DNA of 64,000 nt from an uncultured Gemmatimonadales bacterium (GTDB lineage Bacteria > Gemmatimonadota > Gemmatimonadetes > Longimicrobiales > RSA9). The notes below the pieces were generated by a model. It was not told the DNA's origin. It did not search any database and saw only the letters and a program-made list of their open reading frames with translations. Location of the stretch: contig CAWCUS010000004.1 in the NCBI GenBank assembly GCA_963798845.1, positions 128,001-192,000 of the forward strand, in the 5' to 3' direction. A program made the translations under genes and the position numbers. Below, piece by piece: positions 53,552-63,307 of the stretch (the stretch's first letter is position 1; each line of letters starts with the position of its first letter).

Positions 53552-54437
53552 CCTGCGCCACCGCTTCCGGAGCGTACCGGCGCGCCACCCTCCCGGCAAA
53601 CTCGCCGAACGCGGCGATCTCCCGGGGTGGGCTCGTGTGGTGCGGCCGGACCCCCAGGCTCGGGGGCGTGAAGCACAGCGTCGCGCACACCTCGAACGGC
53701 TCGAGCGCCGCCATGACCGTGTCGAACCAGCCCCAGCCTCCCTCCATGTGGCTCTCCGCCCAGCTCAGTCCCGTGCGCACCCGGCGCACGCCCAGCCGCT
53801 CGAACCACTTCACGGCCAGCGCCAGCGACCGCTCGTCCCGGTACTGGAACCACTGGCAGATGCCCAGCCACGGGTCGTACTCCGACAGCGCCGGCTTCGG
53901 CGTCCCGTCGTGCTCCAGCAGCCCGAAGTGGAAGTGGCGGAAGTAGCCGCTCCCCTCCGCCTGCTTGTGCCGCGTCGTCGCCTCCACGGCCGGCTCCAGG
54001 TCCAGCAGCGTGTACCAGTACACTTCCTCCCCGGCCAGGACCTCCTTCATGCGGCGCATGCCCCACGCCGCCTTCGCCCCCGTCGCGAACGACGATACGC
54101 CGGTCTCCGTCACCCACACCGGCAGGCCGAACTCCTCGCGCACCCGACCAATCTGCTCCGGCCAGGCCTCGATCGGCCACAGGTTCCAGTCCAGCGGGAA
54201 GCCGTGCACTGCGAGCACGTCCACTCCTTCCAGCGCGCCACGCTCCCGGAGCCGACGCAGGAAGCGCGGATCGATCGGCGACATGCCGCCCAGCACGATC
54301 GGAAGCTCCGTGTGCTCCCGCACCCCCGCCACACCGTGCTTCAGCATCTCCGCGAACTGCGCCCACCCCTCGTCCACCTCGGTGTCCCAGTGGGATACGT
54401 TGTTCGGCTCGTTCCATATCTTGATCGACTTCAGCAT
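53541..54437 (-). CDS. Clan GH-A glycoside hydrolase ('beta-xylosidase'-like)
   Basis: IWNEPNN (acid/base), LGGMSP, AVHGFP, WVTETG (nucleophile), WYTLLD, HFGLL..DG.PK. Confidence 0.8.
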   Translation of the reverse strand: MLKSIKIWNEPNNVSHWDTEVDEGWAQFAEMLKHGVAGVREHTELPIVLGGMSPIDPRFLRRLRERGALEGVDVLAVHGFPLDWNLWPIEAWPEQIGRVREEFGLPVWVTETGVSSFATGAKAAWGMRRMKEVLAGEEVYWYTLLDLEPAVEATTRHKQAEGSGYFRHFHFGLLEHDGTPKPALSEYDPWLGICQWFQYRDERSLALAVKWFERLGVRRVRTGLSWAESHMEGGWGWFDTVMAALEPFEVCATLCFTPPSLGVRPHHTSPPREIAAFGEFAGRVARRYAPEAVAQVIP

Positions 54438-54505
54438 GCGCGCTCCCGCTTCCCGATGCTGCGACGGACCGACGCGCGCGTCGGTCCGGATCAGGCTCCG
54501 AAGGG

Positions 54506-54522
54506 CGCAAGGATTGTTCCCC
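54506..54522 (-). promoter_or_regulatory. Putative sigma54 promoter of the glycoside hydrolase
   Basis: Minus strand GGAACAATCCTTGC = GG-N10-GC with TTGC. Confidence 0.5.
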
Positions 54523-54535
54523 GGACAGGCTCCCC

Positions 54536-55147
54536 ATGACGGGTCTGCTCCTCGTCCGTCACGCTTCGGTCGACGGTCTCGGGCGCGTCCTCGCCGGCCG
54601 CACGCCCGGCATCCACCTCCATGACCGGGGGCGTGCCGAAGCCGATGCCCTCGCTCGCTCCCTCGCCGACGTACCCATCCGGGCCGTCCACGCCGGGCCC
54701 CTCGACCGTGCCCGCGAGACCGCCGCGCCCCTGGCCGCGATTCACGGTCTCGACCCGACCATCGACCCCGCCTTCGACGAGGTGGATTTTGGCGTGTGGA
54801 CCGGCGTCGCGTTCCAGGAGCTGGACGCCCGCGAGGACTGGCGTCGCTGGAACGAGCAGCGCGCCACTGCCCGACCGCCCGGCGGGGAGTCCATGGCCGA
54901 CGTGCTGGACCGCGCCCTCTCCGGCGTGCGCGCACTTCGGGCCGCTCACGGGGAGGGCCGGGTGGTTGTGGTGAGCCATGGCGACGTCATCCGCCCCCTC
55001 ATCGCCCATTTCCTCGGGCTCCACCTCGACCACCTCCTCCGCTTCGAGGTGGCTCCGGCCTCCATCAGCGCCGTTTCCCTGGAGGACGCCGGTGCCCGCG
55101 TCCTCGCGGTAAACCGCACGATCGGGCCGCCCTGGGCGGCTCCCTGA
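54536..55147 (+). CDS. Histidine phosphatase family protein
   Basis: LVRHA, PL.RARETA, EVDFG.WTG, PGGES, VSHGDVIR. Confidence 0.88.
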   Translation: MTGLLLVRHASVDGLGRVLAGRTPGIHLHDRGRAEADALARSLADVPIRAVHAGPLDRARETAAPLAAIHGLDPTIDPAFDEVDFGVWTGVAFQELDAREDWRRWNEQRATARPPGGESMADVLDRALSGVRALRAAHGEGRVVVVSHGDVIRPLIAHFLGLHLDHLLRFEVAPASISAVSLEDAGARVLAVNRTIGPPWAAP

Positions 55148-55277
55148 CCGCGGATCCGCGATCCCGTTGAGCGCAGTGGGAGGGATCGGGGCGCCGCGCC
55201 ATGTGCGGATGGGTGGCGTTCGCGTTGGCGGACCGAGATTCTGGACCATCTCATCGTAATTCGGTACCTTGGGACCC

Positions 55278-57950
55278 ATGCCCCCCCCACCCGCGCGCCT
55301 CCTCGCGGCCCTTTCCGATCGCTACCGGATCGGAGACGAGCTCGGCGAAGGCGGCATGGCCACGGTCTACCTGGCCGAGGACCTCCGCCACCACCGCCAG
55401 GTGGCCATCAAGGTGCTGAAGCCCGAGCTGGCCGCCGTCCTGGGCGCCGACCGCTTCGTCCAGGAGATCACCACCACCGCCCAGCTCCAGCACCCCCACA
55501 TCCTCCCGCTCTTCGACTCCGGCACCGCCGACGGCTTCCTGTATTACGTGATGCCGTACATCGAAGGCGAGACCCTTCGGGACAGGCTGAACCGCGAGAC
55601 GCAGCTCGGCGTGGGCGAGGCGGTCCGGATCACGCGCGAGGTGGCCGACGCGCTGGACTACGCGCACCGGCATGGCGTGGTCCACCGGGACATCAAGCCG
55701 GAGAACATCCTGCTGCACGATGGCCGGCCCATGGTCGCCGACTTCGGGATCGCGCTCGCGGTCTCCGCGGCGGCGGGGGGGCGGATGACCGAGACGGGCC
55801 TCAGCCTCGGGACACCGCATTACATGAGTCCGGAGCAGGCGACGGCGGAGAAGGACCTCACCGGGCGCAGCGACGTCTACTCGCTCGCGAGCGTGCTGTA
55901 CGAGATGCTCACGGGCGACCCGCCGCACACGGGCTCCTCCGCCCAGCAGATCATCATGAAGATCGTGACGGAGGAGGCTGCGCCGGTCACGAAGCTGCGG
56001 AAGTCGGTGCCGCCCAACGTGGCGGCCGCGGTGGCGAAGGCGCTGGAGAAGCTGCCGGCCGACCGCTTCGAGACCGCCGCCGAGTTCTCCGACGCCCTGG
56101 CGGACCCGCATTTCTCGGCCCCGCCGGTACCGGCCGGCCGCCCCCCGGCCGGCGCAGTCGGTGCCCGCGCGGTGGCGCGCCACCCGCTCGTCCTGGGTCT
56201 CGCGGCGGTTCTCATCGCGACCGCGGGCTTCGCGGGGTCGCAGTGGCGTGTCGCGCACCGCGAGGCGCAGAGCCCCGTCGTGCGGTTCCAGCTCGGCCTG
56301 CCCTCGTCGATGCTCGTCACGAATGCGGCAGTCGCGACGAACGTCGCCGTTTCCGAGGACGGAAGGACCATCGCCTACGCGCTCCCGGACTCGACTGGCG
56401 CATCACGGCTGTTCGTCCGGCCTCTCAGTCGCGGCGGGGCGGGGGTGATCGCCGGCACGGATGGGGCGCAGCAGCCCTGCTTCTCGCCCGACGGCCAGTG
56501 GATCGCCTATCTCGTCGGAACCACCGTCTGGAAGGTCCAGGCTGCCGGTGGCACGCCGGTCCGCGTCGGGGATACCGGTACGGCGGCCACCGGGCTCACG
56601 TGGAGCCGCTCCGGCGAGATCGTCGTGGGGACCACCCCGGGTCTCTTCGTGCTTCCGCAGGGTGGCGGCGCGGCGCGGCTTCTCGTCGGGCCCGATTCCG
56701 CAGCGGGAGAGCTGTACTTCGGTCAGCCTCGCGCGCTGCCGGACGGCAACACCGTGCTCTTCTCGATTCAGCCCGCCAGCGGGGTGGCCCAGACTCGCCT
56801 CGCCGCCGTGCCGCTGTCCACCGGGAAGGTGCGGCGATTCGACGTCGGAGTGCTGGATGCGCTCGGGTACTTGGACGGCACGCTGGTCTACGTCCTCCCT
56901 TCGGGCGCGCTCATGGGCGTCCCCTTCGATCTCGCGAGTGGTCGCGCGACAGGAGCGCCCGTGGGGCTCGGCCCCATCGTCACCACGACAGTGGCCGGGA
57001 CCAGCATGGCGGCCCTGTCGCCCACCGGGACGCTGGTCTACGAGCCGGCCACGAGCCAGGCCACGCTCGGCTGGGTGGACGTGCACGGTCAGTTCACGCC
57101 GCTGCTGTCCAGGCTGCAGGCGTACGCCTATCCCCGGCTCTCCCCGGATGGCAAGCGGATCGCGATGGCCATCGGGGGGGACGGGCGCTCCGACATCTGG
57201 CTTTACGACATCGCGTCCCGCACGCCGACGCGGATCTCGAATTCCGGTACCCAGAACGACCGCCCGGAGTGGTCGCCCCATGGGCGCCGCGTGCTGTATC
57301 GCTCGGATCGCAGCGGCCGGCCCGCCATCTGGTGGCAGCCGGCGGACCAGAGCGCCCCCGCGGCGCCGCTGGAGTCGGACGGCCAGCACAGCTTCTACGA
57401 GGGTGTTCTCACGCCCGACGGCGGGTCGCTCGTCTACCAGATCGACGATGCGGGGGCGGACCAGGCGGACATCATGTACCGGGCGCTCGACGGCGACACG
57501 GCGCCGCGTCCCGTAGCGGCCACCCGCTTCGTGGAAGCGCAGGCGCGCGTTTCGCCCGACGGTCACTGGGTGGCCTTCGTCACCGATGCCTCCGGGACCT
57601 CGCAGGTCGTGGTGCAGCCGTTCCCCGGACCGGGAGGCCAGGTGCAGGTTTCCGTCTCGGGCGGCGCGGAGCCGGTGTGGAGCCACGATGGAAAGCGCCT
57701 CTTCTACCGCGACGGTCACCATGTGGTCGCCGCATCCGTGAGCACGGCGGCCGGGTTCGCCGTCACCGGTCGCACCGACCTCTTCGCCGACACCTACGTC
57801 TTCGCCTCCGCGCCGCACGCCAACTACGACGTGTCGGCGGACGGGACGCGCCTGCTGATGGTGAAGAGCGCGCAGAAGCCGGAGTACGTGGTCGTCTACG
57901 GCTGGCGCAGCGAGCTGGCCGCGCGGATGCGCGGCGCCGGAGGATCATGA
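55278..57950 (+). CDS. Ser/Thr protein kinase with TM helix and TolB-like (PD40) beta-propeller, copy 1
   Basis: GEGGMATVY, VAIK, HRDIKPEN, DFG, GTPHYMSPE; TM; repeated (F/W/L)SPDG. Confidence 0.93.
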   Translation: MPPPPARLLAALSDRYRIGDELGEGGMATVYLAEDLRHHRQVAIKVLKPELAAVLGADRFVQEITTTAQLQHPHILPLFDSGTADGFLYYVMPYIEGETLRDRLNRETQLGVGEAVRITREVADALDYAHRHGVVHRDIKPENILLHDGRPMVADFGIALAVSAAAGGRMTETGLSLGTPHYMSPEQATAEKDLTGRSDVYSLASVLYEMLTGDPPHTGSSAQQIIMKIVTEEAAPVTKLRKSVPPNVAAAVAKALEKLPADRFETAAEFSDALADPHFSAPPVPAGRPPAGAVGARAVARHPLVLGLAAVLIATAGFAGSQWRVAHREAQSPVVRFQLGLPSSMLVTNAAVATNVAVSEDGRTIAYALPDSTGASRLFVRPLSRGGAGVIAGTDGAQQPCFSPDGQWIAYLVGTTVWKVQAAGGTPVRVGDTGTAATGLTWSRSGEIVVGTTPGLFVLPQGGGAARLLVGPDSAAGELYFGQPRALPDGNTVLFSIQPASGVAQTRLAAVPLSTGKVRRFDVGVLDALGYLDGTLVYVLPSGALMGVPFDLASGRATGAPVGLGPIVTTTVAGTSMAALSPTGTLVYEPATSQATLGWVDVHGQFTPLLSRLQAYAYPRLSPDGKRIAMAIGGDGRSDIWLYDIASRTPTRISNSGTQNDRPEWSPHGRRVLYRSDRSGRPAIWWQPADQSAPAAPLESDGQHSFYEGVLTPDGGSLVYQIDDAGADQADIMYRALDGDTAPRPVAATRFVEAQARVSPDGHWVAFVTDASGTSQVVVQPFPGPGGQVQVSVSGGAEPVWSHDGKRLFYRDGHHVVAASVSTAAGFAVTGRTDLFADTYVFASAPHANYDVSADGTRLLMVKSAQKPEYVVVYGWRSELAARMRGAGGS

Positions 57951-57970
57951 GCCAGTGCGGATGAGCGTCC

Positions 57971-60620
57971 ATGGATAGTGTGGCGGATCGACTCGGCCGC
58001 GCGCTGGCCGGCCGCTACCGCCTGGAGCGCGAGCTGGGCGAGGGTGGCATGGCCACGGTGTTCCTCGCCCGCGATCTCAAGCACGAGCGCGACGTCGCCA
58101 TCAAGGTCCTCAAGCCCGAGCTGGCCGCCGTCCTCGGCGCCGACCGCTTCGTCACCGAGATCAAGACGACGGCGGCGCTCCAGCATCCCCACATCCTCCC
58201 CCTCTTCGACTCCGGCACAGCCGACGGCTTCCTCTTCTACGTCATGCCATACATGGAAGGGCGAGACACTGCGGGACAGGCTGAACCGGGAGACGCAACT
58301 CGGCGTCGAGGAGGCGGTGCGCATCACGCGCGAGGTGGCCGACGCCCTCGACTACGCCCACCGCCACGGCGTGATCCACCGCGACATCAAGCCCGAGAAC
58401 ATCCTGCTGCACGACGGCCGGCCAATGGTGGCGGACTTCGGCATCGCGCTGGCGGTGAGCGCGGCGGCGGGCGGGCGCATGACGGAGACGGGGCTGAGCC
58501 TCGGCACGCCCCACTACATGAGCCCCGAGCAGGCGACGGCGGAGAAGGACCTGACCGGGCGATCCGACGTCTATTCGCTGGCGAGCGTTCTCTACGAGAT
58601 GCTCACCGGCGACCCGCCGCACACGGGCAGCTCGGCGCAGCAGATCATCATGAAGATCGTGACGGAGGAGGCCGCGCCGGTCACGAAGCTGCGGCGGTCG
58701 GTGCCGCCCAACGTGGCGGCCGCCGTGGCGAAGGCGCTGGAGAAGCTGCCGGCGGACCGGTTCGAGAGCGCGAAGGCGTTCGCCGACGCGCTGGCCGATC
58801 CCGCCTTCCGACTGACCGACGCCGCCACCGCGGGCCCCGTGCTCGCCTCTCGGAAGCCCTGGGCCGTCGCCGCGGCGTCCCTGATCGTCGCGGCGCTCTC
58901 GCTGGCCGTCGCGGGCTGGGTCCTGATGCGGCGCCCGACCGGAGTCCGGGACATCGGAACCCCGCCGACGAGCGCGGTCAACGTCACCACCGAGGATCGG
59001 GCTTTCTCGGTGGCGCCCGACGGGTCGTTCGTGGTCTATACCGCGCAGAAGGGGGCTACCACCGAGCTGTGGTACCAGAGCCTGAGGACGGGAGAGGGTC
59101 ACCCCATTCCGGGCACGGTCGGGACATTCACCGCGCCGTGGATCTCGCCCGACGGCAAGCGCGTGGCGGTGGGCGTCCCCGCCGGCAGCGGCTATCAGCT
59201 GAAGTCGGTGGGGATCGACGGGGGGACCGTGTCCCCCGTCGCTTCCATCACGCTTCCATTCGGCGGAACCTGGACGGATGACGGGAGGATCTTCTTCAGC
59301 GATGACAACGGACGTCTGCTCCGCTGGCTGGACCCGCTGGGCGGCGACGCGCGTGAGATCACGGTTGGAGGATACTGCCTGAATCCCGTGCTCATCGGAA
59401 CCGGCGACCAGGTGATCTGCGGAGGCGGCGCCGACAAGTTCGCCTCCATCCGCAACCTGGCGGATCCGGGCCGCATTCGGTACTGGCATCACGCGGCCGA
59501 GGGGCGCGGCGGGAAGGCCGCGCTGCTGCGCGGCGCGGACTTCCGCGTGGTCGATGGCCGGTACCTGGTCTACATGGGCGTCGACGGAACCATCATGGCC
59601 ACGCGCATCCGGAGCGTCGACTCGCTCACGGTCGGCCGATCCGTCTCTCTCGTAGCCGGCGTACGCAATGGAGACTACAGCGGCACCGGCCAGTTCGACC
59701 TGACCCGTGACGGCACCCTCGTCTACCTGCCGGGAACCAACGCGGCCGTGGGCCGCCTCGTGAGCGTCGGCACGGATGGGCGCATCGAGCCGCTGCCGGT
59801 GGAGCAGGCCGCCCACCTGCGCTTCCGCGAGAGCCCCGATGGCCGGCGGTTGGCAACGGTGGTGGAAGGTCTCGAACAGCAGGAGCTGCGCGTCTACGAT
59901 CTGCAGGCGGGCACACACGAGACCGTGGCCGTCGGCTCGTTCATCGACGTTCCGGTGTTCAGCCCGAGTGGCGACCGTATCGCTTACTCGATCAGCGAGG
60001 AACCGGGTCGAGAATCCCTCGTCTCCCGGCTGCTCGATTCCTCGACGAAGCCTCGGGAACTCGCCACGATCGCGCCCCCTGCCACGTTCCGGCCGTCCAT
60101 GTATCTGGCCAATGATTCCCTGCTGGTTGGATTCCCGGGGGGCGAATCCGCAATGATCGTGGGTTCAGACGGTGGAGTCGACTCGCTCGGCCTTGCCACC
60201 GGTCAGTTCGTGTCCATCTCCCCGGGCGGTCACTGGATCGCGTACCAGGGGAATTCGTCGGGAGATCTGCGGGTCCAGCCGTGGCCGGCGCTCGATCGGC
60301 GCTATTTCGTGGATGCCCGGGGCATCGAGCCGCAGTGGGTATCGGCGACCGAGCTGGTCTATCTCGCGCAGACGATCGAGGGCGACTGGGAGTTCCACGA
60401 GGTGACGATCCATCCTGGCGCCGATCCACCGTTCGACGCGCCCGAGCTCCTCGCCCTGGCCCCGCAGTTCAGCCAGACGCCCGGCTGGTCGTGGGCCGTT
60501 GGCCATGACGGAGGCCTCATCTACCTGCAGTCTCCGGCCGAGCGGGCGGAGCACTATTTCCGGGTCATCCCGAACTGGGTCAGGCACATGGAGCGCGCCG
60601 TGGACCAGGCGAACCCATGA
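57971..60620 (+). CDS. Ser/Thr kinase-PD40 protein, copy 2, frameshifted at ~58260
   Basis: Kinase N-lobe in ORF 57971 and the rest in ORF 57978; extra G in GAA-GG(G)C-GAG relative to the paralogues. Confidence 0.9.
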
Positions 60621-63307
60621 GCGGCCTGCCGGAGCGCCTCGTCGCCGCCCTGTCCGACCGCTACCGCATCGAGCGCAAGCTCGGCGAAGGCGGCATGGCC
60701 ACGGTTTACCTGGCCGAGGACCTGAAGCACCACCGCCAGGTCGCGATCAAGGTGCTGAAGCCGGAGCTGGCAGCCGTCCTTGGCGCCGACCGCTTCGTCC
60801 AGGAGATCACCACCACGGCGCAGCTCCAGCACCCGCACATCCTGCCGCTCTTCGACTCCGGCACCGCCGACGGCTTCCTGTTCTACGTAATGCCCTATGT
60901 GGAGGGGGAGACGCTGCGGGACAGGCTGAACCGGGAGACGCAGCTCGGCGTGGACGAGGCGGTGCGGATCACTCGCGAGGTGGCCGACGCGCTGGACTAC
61001 GCGCACCGGCACGGCGTCGTCCACCGCGACATCAAGCCCGAGAACATCCTGCTGCACGACGGCCGCCCGATGGTGGCGGACTTCGGCATCGCGCTGGCAG
61101 TTTCGGCCGCGGCGGGCGGGCGCATGACGGAAACGGGGCTGAGCCTCGGCACGCCCCACTACATGAGCCCCGAGCAGGCGACGGCGGAGAAGGACCTCAC
61201 CGGGCGATCCGACGTCTACTCGCTGGCGAGCGTGCTCTACGAGATGCTCACCGGCGACCCGCCGCACACGGGCAGCTCGGCGCAGCAGATCATCATGAAG
61301 ATCGTGACGGAGGAGGCGGCGCCGGTCACGAAGGTGCGCAGATCCGTGCCGCCGAACGTGGCGGCGGCCGTGGCGAAGGCGCTCGAGAAGCTGCCGGCCG
61401 ACCGGTTCGAGAGCGCGAAGGCGTTCGCGGACGCGCTGGCGGATCCCGGATTCCGGCACGGAGGCGCGGCCGGCGTTGGGAAGGGCGGCGCACCGGCGAC
61501 GTGGAAGGAGCGTGCGGTGATCCCTCTGGCCGGCGCGGCAACCGTCCTGCTCGTGGCCGCGCTCTGGGGATGGCGCGGTCCGGGGCCGACGCCGGCTCCC
61601 GTCTCACGGGAGACCGTCGTCCTGGGCCCGACGCTTCCCGGCATGATCGCCGGGGGCACGGCCATCGCGCCCGATGGCTCGGCCATCGTGTACACGGACA
61701 CCGCCGGGGGCAGGAAGCTCTGGATCAAGGAGCGCGGACAGGTCGATCCGCGCCCCCTCGCCGAGCTGACGCACCAGGCCGGCGGGTTCGAGCCCGGGCC
61801 GTCGTTCTCGCCGGACGGACGATGGATCGTCTACACGGACCTCAGACTCCTGCGGGTGGCGCGCGGTGGGGGCGCGCCCGTCACGATGTCGGACTCCGCG
61901 GCGGGCTATGGCACGGCGTGGCTGGACGACGGCACCGTCGTCTTCGGCGGTCGCTCGGGCTTCCGGCTCTTCCGGACCTCGGCGGACGGTGGGCCGACGA
62001 CGCTCCTGACCGACTCGCTGGGCGGCGCCCTCATCTACCAGCACATTGCGCCGGTACCCGGATCCGACGCGGTGATGGCGGCGGTGGCCGGGGGAACGCG
62101 GGGCGCGAGCGAGGTCGTGGTCGACGTCGAGACGGGTGCGGTGCGCACGCTCGTCCAGGGAGCCACGGGAGCCTGGGTCGTGCCGGGCGGCGACCTCGTC
62201 TACGCCGGCACCGACGGAGGACTCTACGCCGCCGCCTTCGACCGGGACAGGCTCGAGCTGGCCGGCCCGTCGGTGTCGCTCCTGGCCGGCATCGGCGAGG
62301 TCGTCATCGGGCGGGACGGCACGATGCTGTACGTCCAGGGTGGGATCACGACCACGCCGGTCTCCGAGGTGGTCGCGGTGTCCCGCGACGGGTCGGACGG
62401 GGTCCCGCTCGACAGCGGCTGGCGTGCGCCGGTGGCGCCGCCGGGCGGCATGGCGCTCTCGCCCGACGGCTCCAGGGTCGCCCTCAGCGTTCGGGACAGC
62501 ACGACCGGCCGGGCGGACCTCTGGGTCCTGCCGGTGTCGAACGGTCCCGCGACGCGTCTCACCTCCCAGGGAGCGGGAACCAACATCCGTCCCGCATGGT
62601 CACCCGACGGCCGCAGCGTGCTGTACGCCTCGGCCCCGGGAGACGGCACGGCCCGCCTCTGGGTGCGCAGCGCGGACGGCGGCGGGCGGCCCGCGCCCGT
62701 GCCGATGGCGGAGAAGCGTGCCGTCTGGGAGGGGCTTTGGTCCCGCGACGGGCAGTGGATCGTCTACCGCACGAGCGACGGCGACGCGGGCAACGGGGAC
62801 ATCCTGGCCGTGCGCACGAGCGGCGACACCACGCCGGCGCCCCTGGTCGCCACCGATGCCCAGGAGTACGGCCCCGCGCTGTCGCCCGACGGCCGCTGGC
62901 TCGCTTTCACCTCCTCGTCCTCGGGGCGGATGGAGATCTATGTGTGCCCGTTCCCCGCCGCGCGGGACGGGCTCTATCCGATCTCCAGCGACGGCGGCAC
63001 GGAGGCCGAGTGGTCCCACGACGGGCGCCAGCTCTTCTACCGCAACGGCGTCGGGGAGATGATGGCCGTCGACGTCACCACCGGCTCCACGTTCTCCGCG
63101 GGCGCCCACCACCGGCTCTTCGACGCCCGCGGGTACGCGGCCAACTTCCAGAGCCACTTCTACGCGGTCATGCCCGGCGATCGCCGGTTCGTGATGGTCC
63201 GTCCGGTGGAGGGCTCGGCGACGGCCGCAGCGCCGGCCCGGCTCGTGCTCGTCCGCGATTGGTTGCCCGAGCTGCGGGCGATGCTGAAGAAGGCGGGGGG
63301 CTCGTGA
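60617..63307 (+). CDS. Ser/Thr kinase-PD40 protein, copy 3
   Basis: Same kinase motifs; TM; SPDG repeats; ATGA overlap with copy 2. Confidence 0.93.
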   Translation: MSGLPERLVAALSDRYRIERKLGEGGMATVYLAEDLKHHRQVAIKVLKPELAAVLGADRFVQEITTTAQLQHPHILPLFDSGTADGFLFYVMPYVEGETLRDRLNRETQLGVDEAVRITREVADALDYAHRHGVVHRDIKPENILLHDGRPMVADFGIALAVSAAAGGRMTETGLSLGTPHYMSPEQATAEKDLTGRSDVYSLASVLYEMLTGDPPHTGSSAQQIIMKIVTEEAAPVTKVRRSVPPNVAAAVAKALEKLPADRFESAKAFADALADPGFRHGGAAGVGKGGAPATWKERAVIPLAGAATVLLVAALWGWRGPGPTPAPVSRETVVLGPTLPGMIAGGTAIAPDGSAIVYTDTAGGRKLWIKERGQVDPRPLAELTHQAGGFEPGPSFSPDGRWIVYTDLRLLRVARGGGAPVTMSDSAAGYGTAWLDDGTVVFGGRSGFRLFRTSADGGPTTLLTDSLGGALIYQHIAPVPGSDAVMAAVAGGTRGASEVVVDVETGAVRTLVQGATGAWVVPGGDLVYAGTDGGLYAAAFDRDRLELAGPSVSLLAGIGEVVIGRDGTMLYVQGGITTTPVSEVVAVSRDGSDGVPLDSGWRAPVAPPGGMALSPDGSRVALSVRDSTTGRADLWVLPVSNGPATRLTSQGAGTNIRPAWSPDGRSVLYASAPGDGTARLWVRSADGGGRPAPVPMAEKRAVWEGLWSRDGQWIVYRTSDGDAGNGDILAVRTSGDTTPAPLVATDAQEYGPALSPDGRWLAFTSSSSGRMEIYVCPFPAARDGLYPISSDGGTEAEWSHDGRQLFYRNGVGEMMAVDVTTGSTFSAGAHHRLFDARGYAANFQSHFYAVMPGDRRFVMVRPVEGSATAAAPARLVLVRDWLPELRAMLKKAGGS

